The position numbers and the translations under genes are program-made. Of a stretch of 64,000 bases of DNA, positions 49,181 to 59,411 are shown one piece after another (the first letter of the stretch is position 1; every line of letters begins with the position of its first letter). The DNA is from an uncultured Bacteroidales bacterium (GTDB lineage: Bacteria > Bacteroidota > Bacteroidia > Bacteroidales > UBA1715). The notes under the pieces are model-generated. The model was given only the letters and a program-made list of their open reading frames with translations. It was not told where the DNA came from and did no database searches. Location: positions 1,517 to 65,516 of the forward strand of contig CALAUG010000032.1 of assembly GCA_937892155.1 (NCBI GenBank), given 5' to 3'.

Positions 49181-49642
49181 ATGAATACAAAACACATTAT
49201 CTCATTGTTAATCATGTCGTTCGTCTGTGCAACCATTTCTTTTGCACAGGAAGAAAACGGATACATTAAAGTTGAAGGTAAAAAAACAGTTTACTATAGT
49301 CAGGCTGGTAAAATAGTCTGCTACGACAAATATGACGAAAAACGCGGTGCTACAATTCACTACGACGCGACGAACAAAGAAATCGGCTACGCAAAAGTTG
49401 ACAAAAGAACCCACAAAACAATCAACTACGACAAGTCAGGCGGCGTAATCAATTACACAAAGATAAAAGACAGAAAAACGTACCGCTACGATAGAGACGA
49501 CAATTGTCTCGGTTATTACAAGACTGACACAAGAGCGAAAAAGACTATATATTATAACTGCGACAACGTGGAACAAGCATACTCAAAAGCAAAAAATGGG
49601 AAAACAATCCTTTACGGAGAATTCCCATATATTGGCTGGTAA
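49181..49642 (+). CDS. secreted K/Y-rich repeat protein
   Basis: Signal peptide, then a reiterated short motif (K.T..YD / YYK.D). Confidence 0.5.
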   Translation: MNTKHIISLLIMSFVCATISFAQEENGYIKVEGKKTVYYSQAGKIVCYDKYDEKRGATIHYDATNKEIGYAKVDKRTHKTINYDKSGGVINYTKIKDRKTYRYDRDDNCLGYYKTDTRAKKTIYYNCDNVEQAYSKAKNGKTILYGEFPYIGW

Positions 49643-49693
49643 AAATAAGTTGTCAGAATTGAAAATCCCGTTTATTATTCCTAAATCCTAATT

Positions 49694-50620
49694 CTACAAT
49701 CTGATTGGATATTTCAAAAAATGTTCATTCAGCATTTCCTGTGGGATAATAGTCTTAATTCCCTCAGCAAGGATATTCAACATTCGTTCACGTACAAAAT
49801 CTTTTCTCACAAAGAATGAAACATTTCTATATAGTTTCGGATTCACAATCGGACGGATATTTTCACGATACGATTCGCGCAATAATTTCAAATGCATTTC
49901 CGGTATCGTAGTAAAACCTCCATTTTCATCCACAATCATCATTAAAGTTGGAATATTGCTTGCCTCGTATATTGAAGAGTGGTCCAATTCCATATCGCAG
50001 ATTTGAGGAGCCTGCAACTGCAAATTAATATTCGACTTCAATCCCCACAAATGTTCGCGTGGCATAGTCTGCACGTCTATTTCCTTTTGTTGGAAGAGTG
50101 GCGATTTGGGAGAAACATACATATAGAAATTTTCTCTATACAACGGTATTTCCAACAAATCATCTGGTGGATGTGGAAGCGACATAATCGCCACATCTAT
50201 TTCCGCCCTCTGTAATTTTGCAATCGTTTCATCTCTCAAACATTCCGATGCGTGTATCAATATATCGGGATGATGATCTTTCAAATATTTGAACAACTTA
50301 GGCGTAATGTACGGCGCAATAGTCGGAGTAATACACAAACGAATTTCACCTACCTCGCATTTTCGCTCTGTCAACACCAATTCCTCCATTTGACGTACAT
50401 TATATAAAACAACTTTCGCCTGAGCAATAAGTTTTTCTCCAATAAGCGTTGGACGAACTGGACGGCTATTTCTATCAAAAATCACCACATCGAGTTCCGA
50501 TTCCAATTTTTGAATCAACGTGCTTAATGTAGATTGGGTGACATCGCACGATTCGGCAGCCAAGACAAATGTTTTGTATTTATCTACTGCAACTATATAT
50601 TCTAACTGTTGTAATGTCAT
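49694..50620 (-). CDS. LysR-family transcriptional regulator
   Basis: N-terminal HTH (MTLQQLEYIVAVDKYKTFVLAAESCDVTQSTLSTLIQKLE) plus a LysR substrate-binding domain. Confidence 0.85.
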   Translation of the reverse strand: MTLQQLEYIVAVDKYKTFVLAAESCDVTQSTLSTLIQKLESELDVVIFDRNSRPVRPTLIGEKLIAQAKVVLYNVRQMEELVLTERKCEVGEIRLCITPTIAPYITPKLFKYLKDHHPDILIHASECLRDETIAKLQRAEIDVAIMSLPHPPDDLLEIPLYRENFYMYVSPKSPLFQQKEIDVQTMPREHLWGLKSNINLQLQAPQICDMELDHSSIYEASNIPTLMMIVDENGGFTTIPEMHLKLLRESYRENIRPIVNPKLYRNVSFFVRKDFVRERMLNILAEGIKTIIPQEMLNEHFLKYPIRL

Positions 50621-50712
50621 ATCACTTATTATTTATGTAACTGATAGCAATTATCAAATATATTAAAAATATCTATACTATATTTCTTAAAAATCCTATA
50701 CGGCTGATTGTG

Positions 50713-51237
50713 TTACTTTTGAGAGACCCATATTAATTTATCGGTATCGTAGCCTCGCTCTTTGGCAATTGTCAAAACTTTCTCCTGAGCATTGGGTTCC
50801 ATCTGCGGAGTTCTATTCAAAATCCACAGATATTTATCGTTGCTACTTCCTATTAGGACATAGTCGTAGTCGGGCGACAGATACAGCACATTATAATCGG
50901 AATAGAACCACAGGAAAAATGACACTTCCAATTGTCCTGGCACAGCATCATTAGGACGACGTGCTTTACCGACAGACTGTTTGAATTTACCATTAAAATC
51001 CTTCTTGTATCCCGAATTCACAACTTTCACAGTTCCGTCAGGCTGAATGGTATAATCGGCGGTGCAGCCAACCAATCCACGTTCAAAACTATGGTCAAAA
51101 CGTGCTATTTCGTACCATTTTCCCATAAAACGTTCCAAATCAAGTTCAGGAACTGTCGTCGTATCAATTGTTGAACGACATGCAGAGCAGCTCATTATCG
51201 ATGCTCCACAAATTAAACTCACTAACATCTTTTTCAT
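50713..51237 (-). CDS. blc: bacterial lipocalin (Blc-like outer-membrane lipoprotein)
   Basis: Lipobox IMSCSAC and the GKWYEIAR lipocalin motif. Confidence 0.85.
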   Translation of the reverse strand: MKKMLVSLICGASIMSCSACRSTIDTTTVPELDLERFMGKWYEIARFDHSFERGLVGCTADYTIQPDGTVKVVNSGYKKDFNGKFKQSVGKARRPNDAVPGQLEVSFFLWFYSDYNVLYLSPDYDYVLIGSSNDKYLWILNRTPQMEPNAQEKVLTIAKERGYDTDKLIWVSQK

Positions 51238-51466
51238 AATAATAGATTTTTGATTTTACTATTTTACACATTCGCCGTATAGGATTTTTTAAAACCGAGG
51301 TAAAAGTAACATGCCACACATATCCATCCAATCTATTTAAAAGAATATACTATTGATAAAAAAGATAATAAACATTCAACAATCCACGCTCTTTATTCCC
51401 GATTCACATTTTCATTATGAATTGTCCATTATATTTAGTACTTTCGCGGAAATAAAATTTACAACT

Positions 51467-51898
51467 ATGAACTCATTCGTAAAAATTGCCTCTTTTATAG
51501 GCGTAGCAATCCTGTCATTAACTGCGTGTGCGCAGAAAAGTGTGATTACCGAAAATGATTTGAAACCAGAATCGCAATCATTTTTAAAGGAATATTTTCC
51601 AAACAATCCTGTTTCATACATCATTTTGGACTCCGACAAAGATTACGATGTAACATTGAACACTGGCATTAAGGTTGAATTTGATAGAAAAGGCGCATGG
51701 GAAAGTGTTGACTGCGCATTAAGTCCAGTTCCTAACGGCATCATTCCTGCAAAAATTTCAAATTATATTTCACAAAAATTTCCAAATCAATTCGTTACTG
51801 AAATCTCCAAAGAATTCAACGGATACGATGTAGAATTAAACAATGGTTTGGAGTTAGAATTTTCAAGCGACGGAGAATTTAAGAGAATAGACGATTAG
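51467..51898 (+). CDS. PepSY-like beta-lactamase-inhibitor-fold protein
   Basis: Signal/lipobox (SLTAC) and duplicated motifs (KVEFDRKGAWESVD, ELEFSSDGEFKRID). Confidence 0.6.
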   Translation: MNSFVKIASFIGVAILSLTACAQKSVITENDLKPESQSFLKEYFPNNPVSYIILDSDKDYDVTLNTGIKVEFDRKGAWESVDCALSPVPNGIIPAKISNYISQKFPNQFVTEISKEFNGYDVELNNGLELEFSSDGEFKRIDD

Positions 51899-51910
51899 AC
51901 ATATTCCATC

Positions 51911-52702
51911 ATGGGCTTCTTGCTATCAATAACAGATAGATTTCCAATCGCCAACATTCCCGATTTATTAGGATTGTACCATAACAATCCTCTTGGGTTA
52001 ACCCACGAGGCGCAGCTTCTCATCATATTTCTTTTGGTAGAAGTTATGGCCGTTTTCAACTTTTTTATCAGAAAACGCGACAAAGCACAATTCTATCCTA
52101 TTGTGTATGTACTTCTTGCTTTATCATTGCTTGCAGTTTTCTATTATTGTTTCCAGACTAAATTGCCGGAAATCACATTAAATATGAGAGACCACAGCAT
52201 ACACAAACCTTGTATCGGTTGGTTCTGCCAGCACGAAATCGTCGGCTGGGGCTGGGCTATCGTCGGTATTGCAGCTCTCACCCACGTTACATACAGTCTT
52301 TTATGCGCAGTCCTGCAAGTTTCCGCACAATTGTACGTGGAAGCAAACTACGCCGAAGGTAAAAAATGGAAAGAATGGAAAGGTATTTTATATGCCTTAG
52401 TGTTTGGTATTGCGGTTGTTGGTATCAGTTCACGAAGCAACTACATTTTTTCTTCGTGGGTATTGTGCATTGTACTCGCATTACTTATTTTGGTCGTAAT
52501 TATCAAAATCATTCTCGACACAAAACGAATGAAAAAGCCTTTGATAGCACTGCTTATCGGGGTTTTGTTTTTCATAGGAGTGATTGCAACAATTATGCTC
52601 ATACTTGACTGTTTTAGAGGATTACTATTCTTCGTCATCATATTCTTAGTTGTGTTCATCAGCGCCAAGGCAAGCAAGAAAAAACCAGCAAATAAACTTT
52701 GA
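51911..52702 (+). CDS. integral membrane protein, unknown function
   Basis: About six hydrophobic segments. No family recognised; start uncertain. Confidence 0.45.
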   Translation: MGFLLSITDRFPIANIPDLLGLYHNNPLGLTHEAQLLIIFLLVEVMAVFNFFIRKRDKAQFYPIVYVLLALSLLAVFYYCFQTKLPEITLNMRDHSIHKPCIGWFCQHEIVGWGWAIVGIAALTHVTYSLLCAVLQVSAQLYVEANYAEGKKWKEWKGILYALVFGIAVVGISSRSNYIFSSWVLCIVLALLILVVIIKIILDTKRMKKPLIALLIGVLFFIGVIATIMLILDCFRGLLFFVIIFLVVFISAKASKKKPANKL

Positions 52703-52844
52703 TTACTGGTTCCAATATTTTGCTTCTTTGACCAAGGAGTACATCATTACATTTTAATCTCAATTTTTGTCATTTCAACCGAATTGAATGCGAGAATTTC
52801 AAATTCTATTGTTGTTTTGCAGACGAATTGATATATCATCAAAT

Positions 52845-54416
52845 ATGGGAAAGATTGGAAACATGGCAGTGACCCTTCTATTACTGATTGGCACTGCGTT
52901 TTCGGCACAAGCACAACTAATATTGGTACTATCCTTGGATGAGTGCCGGGATCTTGCTCTTGAAAATAACAAACAATTAAAAATAGCTCAGGAAGAAATT
53001 AACAAAGCTGGCTACGATAAAAAATCTGCATTTGCCAACTATCTTCCAAAAGTTTCTGTTTCTGGTATTTACGCATATAATAACCAAGACATACAGTTAC
53101 TAAGCGACGAACAAGACGAGGCCTTACGAAATCTCGGGACAAGCATTGGCACTGAATTAGGAGGTTCATTACAACAAATGCAACAAAACGCAATGAGCAC
53201 CATTCAACAGGTGCTTGCAAATCCAGCAGCCGATCCTGCACTGGCAACGCTTGTGGCATCAAGTCCAACTGTACAATCTATCCTACAAAAAATACAAACT
53301 ACCGACCTTGCCAGCACACTTGCTCCTACCGCCGCATCTATGAATGCACTTGGAGGAGATTTAGCCGACAACTTTATGCTTGACACAAGAAACGTCTTCG
53401 CTGGAATTATTTCAGTACAGGAACCATTATTTCTCGGCGGAAAGATTGTTACCTACAACAAAATCGCAGCTGCTAAGAAAGAATTAGAGGCTACAAAATA
53501 TACTTCCGAAGAGTTTGAAACATTGGTTGCAACCGACAAATTGTATTGGCAAATCGTTTCGCTTACCAACAAATTAAAACTGACACAAAAATATGTAGAA
53601 TTACTGCAAACAATGTCGAACAACGTCGAGAAAATGGCTAAGGAAGGTATCGCGACAATGTCGGACAAACTTGCAGTGAAAGTTAAATTAAATCAGGCAG
53701 AAACCACACTATTGAAAGTAGAAAACGGCCTTGCACTGTCAAAAATGCTTCTATGCCAACATTGCGGCATCGATATGAACACAAACCTATCTCTTGCCGA
53801 CGAAACACTTGAAAATGTTGAAGTTTCAGAAACAACTCCTCACTATACTGAAGATGACATAGTAGCGAACAGACCAGAACTTAAAAGTTTAAGCCTTGCA
53901 ACCGAGATTTACAAGCAAAATGTAAATCTTACCCGTTCTGAGTATTTACCAACCATTGCAGCGTTTGGAAACTATGTAATTTCTAATCCATCATGCTCCA
54001 ACGGATTTCAAAATGAATTTGACGGATTCTGGAACGTAGGTGTAGTTGCTAAAATTCCTATTCTCCAATGGGGCGAAGGCACAAACAAAATCCGGAAAGC
54101 AAAAGCTGATGCAAAAATTGCTGAATATAAGTTAGAAGACAGCAAGGAAAAAATCATGCTACAAGTCAATCAATATGAACGTCAAATAGAAGAAGCAAAA
54201 TCGTACGTTAAAATGGCAGAAGAAAAAATGTCGGATGCTGAAGAGAACCTCCGCATGGCAACTCTCGGATTTGACGAAGGAGTTATAGCTTCATCGGTGC
54301 TAAACGAAGCTCAAACAGCATGGCTTCAAGCTCACTCCGACTATATTGACGCAAAAATCGACTGGATTATGGCCAAAGTATATTTACAAAAAGCAGCAGG
54401 TATGTTAAATAAATAA
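52845..54416 (+). CDS. TolC-family outer-membrane efflux protein
   Basis: Signal peptide, and two OEP-like repeats with coiled-coil heptads (LSLDECRDLALENNKQLKIAQEEI ...). Confidence 0.85.
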   Translation: MGKIGNMAVTLLLLIGTAFSAQAQLILVLSLDECRDLALENNKQLKIAQEEINKAGYDKKSAFANYLPKVSVSGIYAYNNQDIQLLSDEQDEALRNLGTSIGTELGGSLQQMQQNAMSTIQQVLANPAADPALATLVASSPTVQSILQKIQTTDLASTLAPTAASMNALGGDLADNFMLDTRNVFAGIISVQEPLFLGGKIVTYNKIAAAKKELEATKYTSEEFETLVATDKLYWQIVSLTNKLKLTQKYVELLQTMSNNVEKMAKEGIATMSDKLAVKVKLNQAETTLLKVENGLALSKMLLCQHCGIDMNTNLSLADETLENVEVSETTPHYTEDDIVANRPELKSLSLATEIYKQNVNLTRSEYLPTIAAFGNYVISNPSCSNGFQNEFDGFWNVGVVAKIPILQWGEGTNKIRKAKADAKIAEYKLEDSKEKIMLQVNQYERQIEEAKSYVKMAEEKMSDAEENLRMATLGFDEGVIASSVLNEAQTAWLQAHSDYIDAKIDWIMAKVYLQKAAGMLNK

Positions 54417-54428
54417 AACTTATTCGGT

Positions 54429-55427
54429 ATGGCAACAGATAGACAACAGACAATAAACACTTTTGCAGCATTAGGAGTTTTAGCGATTATTCTCGGTGCA
54501 GTTTGCGTAATTGGTATTCTTACCTTTGGTAAAACCGACGAAATTATTCAAGGACAAGCAGAAGCAAATGAATATAGAGTTTCCAGTAAAGTTCCTGGAC
54601 GTATTTTGGAATTCAGGGTACACGAAGGTCAGAAAGTAAAGGCAGGCGATACACTTGCTATTATCGAAGCTCCCGAAGTTGAGGCAAAAATGGCACAAGC
54701 AGAAGCTGTAAAAACAGCTGCCGAAGCCCAAAACACTAAAGCAGAAAAAGGTGCGCGCCGCGAACAAATACAAGCAGCCTACGAAATGTGGCAAAAAGCA
54801 AAAACGGGAAGAGAAATCACTGAAAAATCATACAACCGTATTAGCAACCTTTTTAAAGAAGGGGTTGTTAGTGAACAGAAATACGACGAAGTAAAAGCTC
54901 AATACGATGCTGCTATTTCTACCGAAAATGCAGCAAAAGCACAATATACCTTGGCAGTAAAGGGTGCTCAGGCAGAAGATAAGGAAATGGCTGCAGCACA
55001 AGTAAAACAAGCAGAAGGTGTTGTTGCCGAAGTAACATCGTATGTAAACGAAACCATCTTAACGGCTTACGCCGACGGAGATGTCACAGAGATTTATCCT
55101 CACATCGGAGAATTAGTTGGAACCGGCGCTCCAATTATGTCAATCGCAATGCTGAACGACATGTGGGCTACATTCAACGTGCGTGAAGACTATCTTAAAT
55201 CTATTAGAATAGGAAGCGAATTTGAAGCATACATTCCTGCTCTTGACACAACAGCAACTATGCGCATTGATTTTATGAAAGATTTAGGCGACTACGCTGC
55301 ATGGAAAGCAACCAAACAATCTGGTCAATATGATTTAAAGACATTTGAAGTTCGTGCTGTAACGACATCAAATATTGCTGGATTACGTCCAGGGATGACT
55401 GTTTTATATAAAATCAACGAAAAATAA
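54429..55427 (+). CDS. HlyD-family periplasmic adaptor subunit
   Basis: N-terminal TM, lipoyl-like motif (VKAGDTLAIIE), long alpha-hairpin, and a beta-barrel C-terminus. Confidence 0.85.
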   Translation: MATDRQQTINTFAALGVLAIILGAVCVIGILTFGKTDEIIQGQAEANEYRVSSKVPGRILEFRVHEGQKVKAGDTLAIIEAPEVEAKMAQAEAVKTAAEAQNTKAEKGARREQIQAAYEMWQKAKTGREITEKSYNRISNLFKEGVVSEQKYDEVKAQYDAAISTENAAKAQYTLAVKGAQAEDKEMAAAQVKQAEGVVAEVTSYVNETILTAYADGDVTEIYPHIGELVGTGAPIMSIAMLNDMWATFNVREDYLKSIRIGSEFEAYIPALDTTATMRIDFMKDLGDYAAWKATKQSGQYDLKTFEVRAVTTSNIAGLRPGMTVLYKINEK

Positions 55428-55442
55428 ATTAATCTTCTGTCT

Positions 55443-56612
55443 ATGCTGAATGGCAGTATGATACTATCGGTGGCAAAACGGGAAGTAAAGCGTTTACTAT
55501 CCCGCCCCGTATATATTTTCTCTATGGTGTTGACACCGCTATTCGGCTACATATTTTTCACCACACTGATGCAGGACGGTCTTCCGAACGACTTGCCCGC
55601 CGGTGTTGTTGATGCCGACAACACATCGGTATCCAGACAGATTATTAGAAATCTTGACGCTTTTCAACAGACAAAAATAGTTGAGAATTATGAGAATTTT
55701 GCCAAAGCACGTGAAGCAATGCAACGTGGCGAAATATACTCAATTTACTATATTCCAGAGGGCACGACGCGTGAAGCACTTGCCAGTAAGCAACCGACAA
55801 TTTCATTCTATACATCAGCATCATATCTGGTTCCAGCATCTTTGGAATACCGCGATATGAAAATGATGTCGGAATATGCTTCCGGAGCTATTGCACGAAG
55901 CACGCTATACGCCAAAGGATACACGGAAGATCAGGCTATGGCAATGTTGCAGCCAGTAAAAATGGAAATGCACGCCGTTCATAACCCTGCACTGAATTAT
56001 TCCATTTACCTATCAAATTCTCTACTTCCAGCCCTGTTAATGCTTCTGATTTTTCAAGTAACTATCTTCTCAATTTATTCCGAATTGAAAGAAGAAACAT
56101 CAAAAGAATGGCTCGCAATGACTGGAAACAACATCTATAAAGCGGTGATTGGCAAATTGTTGCCTCAATTTGTCATTTGGGTACTGATGGGATTTGCCTA
56201 CCTAATTATTCTCTACGGATACTGGCATTTTCCATTATATAGCGGTTTATTACCAATGATAGTGTTGATGATAGTGTTCGTGGTTGTCTGTCAATGGTTT
56301 GGCGTATTTTTGTGCGGTGCCGTTCCTTCACTTCGTTGGGCTTTGAGTTTAGCAACACTATGGGGAGTTTTGTCATTTCCTATCTGCGGTTTTTCTTTTC
56401 CACAAATGGCATTTCCACCCGCACTCAAAGGACTGTCATATCTATTCCCAATGCGCTATTATTTCCTAATTTATGTAGACCAGGCTCTTAACGGCATTTC
56501 TTTCGGATATACGTGGCTGTACTACGTACTGCTGCTGTCCTTCCTCATATTACCAATATTCGTGATGGGACGACTGAAGAAATTCCTGCTGGAATATCAT
56601 TATCAAATATAA
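55443..56612 (+). CDS. ABC-2 type transporter permease
   Basis: N-terminal TM, ~150-aa external loop, and five C-terminal TMs (YbhS/YhhJ-like). Confidence 0.8.
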   Translation: MLNGSMILSVAKREVKRLLSRPVYIFSMVLTPLFGYIFFTTLMQDGLPNDLPAGVVDADNTSVSRQIIRNLDAFQQTKIVENYENFAKAREAMQRGEIYSIYYIPEGTTREALASKQPTISFYTSASYLVPASLEYRDMKMMSEYASGAIARSTLYAKGYTEDQAMAMLQPVKMEMHAVHNPALNYSIYLSNSLLPALLMLLIFQVTIFSIYSELKEETSKEWLAMTGNNIYKAVIGKLLPQFVIWVLMGFAYLIILYGYWHFPLYSGLLPMIVLMIVFVVVCQWFGVFLCGAVPSLRWALSLATLWGVLSFPICGFSFPQMAFPPALKGLSYLFPMRYYFLIYVDQALNGISFGYTWLYYVLLLSFLILPIFVMGRLKKFLLEYHYQI

Positions 56613-56616
56613 CAGT

Positions 56617-57774
56617 ATGAAGTGGATGTTTAACATATTGGATGTGTGGAGACACGAATTTTTCCGTTCATTGAAAGATGAAGGAGTTCTTGTCTTTTTC
56701 CTTATTGTTCCTCTATTGTATCCACTGCTCTATGCATATTTGTACAATAATGAAGCTGTGCGCGAAGTTCCAACCGTTGTTGTTGACAACAGCCATTCAA
56801 GTGCCAGCCGCGAATTTCTCCGTAATGTTGATGCAAGCGGCGATGTAAAAATTATAGGACATTGCGCCGATTTTTTGGAAGCACAGGAACTCATTCGCAA
56901 CCACAAGGCATATTGCCTTATCTATGTTCCAGATAATTTTCATAAAAACATTCTCGAAGGCAAACAGGCAATCGTTGAATTATATAGCGATATGAGCGGA
57001 TTATTGTATTACAAAGCTGTACTCAGTTCCTGTACTGAAGTGTCGCTTGCAATGAATCAGGACATAAAAACGCAGCGATTGGTCGGCGCCACCAAAGAAC
57101 AGGCTGATGCGTTTGCTTATCCTATTAAATATGAATACGTTCCACTTTTTAATACGCAAAGTGGTTTTGCCACATTTATCATTCCCGCAGTCCTCATAAT
57201 GATTATCCAACAGACATTACTCCTCGGCGTTGGAATGCTTATGGGCGACGAAAGAGAAAAACGGCAGAAAGGAATCTTATATGGTCATCTTGTTGAAAGA
57301 AAACCTATAGAAATATTATTAGGAAAAGCAGCTGCGTATTTCGGCATTTACATGCTCATTGCGGCATACCTTATCTGCATTCCCAACTTTTTCGGACTGA
57401 TACACATTTGGCAATGGAAAACTCTACTGGCATTTATGTTTCCGTTGGTCCTCGACTGCGTATTTTTCAGTATGGCCATATCGACATTTGCCCGCGACCG
57501 TGAGGTATTTATCGTACTTTTTGTCTGTATGTCCGTTCCGTTGTTATTTATGTCTGGTATATCGTGGCCGGCTACAGCCATACCTTCGGTATGGAAAGCC
57601 CTATCGTACGCATTCCCGTCAACCTTCGGCATAAACGGATTTGTACGAATCACAGAAATGGGCGCACTTATTCAGGATGTGCAATTTGAATTAATTGCTT
57701 TGTGGATTCAAGTTTTTGTCTTTTTCGCTGCCACATGGATTTTGTATAGAAAGAGATACAAAAATAATGAGTAA
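56617..57774 (+). CDS. ABC-2 type transporter permease
   Basis: Paralog of the preceding gene with the same topology. Confidence 0.8.
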   Translation: MKWMFNILDVWRHEFFRSLKDEGVLVFFLIVPLLYPLLYAYLYNNEAVREVPTVVVDNSHSSASREFLRNVDASGDVKIIGHCADFLEAQELIRNHKAYCLIYVPDNFHKNILEGKQAIVELYSDMSGLLYYKAVLSSCTEVSLAMNQDIKTQRLVGATKEQADAFAYPIKYEYVPLFNTQSGFATFIIPAVLIMIIQQTLLLGVGMLMGDEREKRQKGILYGHLVERKPIEILLGKAAAYFGIYMLIAAYLICIPNFFGLIHIWQWKTLLAFMFPLVLDCVFFSMAISTFARDREVFIVLFVCMSVPLLFMSGISWPATAIPSVWKALSYAFPSTFGINGFVRITEMGALIQDVQFELIALWIQVFVFFAATWILYRKRYKNNE

Positions 57775-57895
57775 TTACATCTACCCATTAATTCCTAAAT
57801 AACGCATGGGAACTTGTAGAATTTTTCGTTGAAACCTATGTTTTTGTTACAACAATTTATCTCAATCAAATATTTATACGATTCGGCAAACTTTT

Positions 57896-59395
57896 TTATT
57901 GAAATAGTTTCTTAAAACAGTTGATTCCCTCTTCCAAATTTGCTATTATATCCGCGGCTATTTCATCGGGATCAGGAAGATTATCCAAATCTGTTAGGCT
58001 TTTGTCTTTTAACCAGAATATATCCAGGTTAGTTTTATCGCGCGCTATTACCTCATCGTAGGTAAACTTACGCCAACGGCCTTCTGGATTTTCTTCGCTC
58101 CAAGTCTCGGTACGCACATGTCTATTCTCTGGATTATAGCATTTTATAAAGTCTGACAAATCTTCGAAAGTCAACGGAGATTTCTTTAACGTATGATGAA
58201 TATTGGTGCGGTAGTCGTAAATCCAAATATCCTTGGTCTGCACTTCCTTGCTTGCTGGTTTATTATCGAAAAACAACACATTTGCCTTCACGCCATTTGC
58301 ATAGAAAATTCCTGTAGGCAATCGCAAAATTGTGTGCAAATCTGTGGTTTTCATAAGTTGCTTGCGAATCTCCTCGCCCGCTCCTCCTTCGAACAACACA
58401 TTATCTGGCAATACAACTGCAGCTTGTCCATTGATTTTCATCAAGGTTTTGATATGTTGCAAGAAATTCAACTGTTTGTTGGAAGTTGTTTCCCAGAAAT
58501 CCTGACGGTTATAACTCAAATCCTCTTTTTCTATTTCTCCATCTTCGTTGGTAATTGTTATGCTACTTTTCTTTCCAAACGGTGGATTTGTTAGCACATA
58601 ATCGTAACGATTGCCATTGTCAGCCACTAAGGCATCGTTTGGAGAAATAAAATCTTCGCTATCCAACTCGCCTATGTTGTGCAAATACAAATTCATCAAA
58701 CATAAACGGCGGGTATTTGCAACAATTTCGTTTCCGAAGAAGGTTTTCTTCTTCAAGAACTGTTTTTCGTCTTTGTTTAATGATTGTCCTGCCAGATAAT
58801 CGTACGAAGCAAGGAAGAAACCACCGGTTCCACAAGCCGGATCGATAATGGTTTTCTGTGGCTTAGGACGAACGCATTCCACCATCGCCTTTATCAAAGC
58901 ACGAGGTGTAAAATACTGACCTGCTCCACTCTTGGTATCTTCGGCATTTTTCTCCAACAAGCCTTCGTAGATTTTACCCTTAATATCGGAGCCCATCAAT
59001 GACCAATTCTCCTTATTAATCATTTCGATTACTCGAAGCAATTTTGCTGGATCCTGAATCTTATTCTGGCTCTTGGTATAGATTTGTCCAAGCATACCTT
59101 TTTCGGTTGCCAAACTACGAAGCATTTGAACATAATATGCTTCAAGTTCCGCACCACGTTTGCTTGTAAGCGTTTCCCAATCGCACATTTCACCATCTGG
59201 AAGTTCCTTACCTTCGGCATCTTTTACGCGTGGAAATTTCAAACCTTTGTTGTATGGCGGTTTGTTCATCTCATCTGCCATTTTCAAGAAAAGCAGATAG
59301 GTGATTTGTTCCAAATAATCACCATAACTCACACCATCGTCGCGCAGCACATTGGCCATATTCCAAATTTTCGAAATGATTGTTGATTCTGTCAT
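57896..59395 (-). CDS. hsdM: type I restriction-modification system methyltransferase subunit
   Basis: HsdM N-terminal domain (IWNMANVLRD), motif I DPACGTGGF, and motif IV NPPFGKK. Confidence 0.9.
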   Translation of the reverse strand: MTESTIISKIWNMANVLRDDGVSYGDYLEQITYLLFLKMADEMNKPPYNKGLKFPRVKDAEGKELPDGEMCDWETLTSKRGAELEAYYVQMLRSLATEKGMLGQIYTKSQNKIQDPAKLLRVIEMINKENWSLMGSDIKGKIYEGLLEKNAEDTKSGAGQYFTPRALIKAMVECVRPKPQKTIIDPACGTGGFFLASYDYLAGQSLNKDEKQFLKKKTFFGNEIVANTRRLCLMNLYLHNIGELDSEDFISPNDALVADNGNRYDYVLTNPPFGKKSSITITNEDGEIEKEDLSYNRQDFWETTSNKQLNFLQHIKTLMKINGQAAVVLPDNVLFEGGAGEEIRKQLMKTTDLHTILRLPTGIFYANGVKANVLFFDNKPASKEVQTKDIWIYDYRTNIHHTLKKSPLTFEDLSDFIKCYNPENRHVRTETWSEENPEGRWRKFTYDEVIARDKTNLDIFWLKDKSLTDLDNLPDPDEIAADIIANLEEGINCFKKLFQ

Positions 59396-59411
59396 AATTG
59401 AAAATTGAAAA

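Noticed and set aside
49694-50620. Calling the LysR regulator OxyR
   Set aside because: Size and N-terminus are OxyR-like. However, by manual alignment only one Cys (C208-equivalent, QICD) is present where OxyR has the C199/C208 redox pair, so the specific assignment is not supported.
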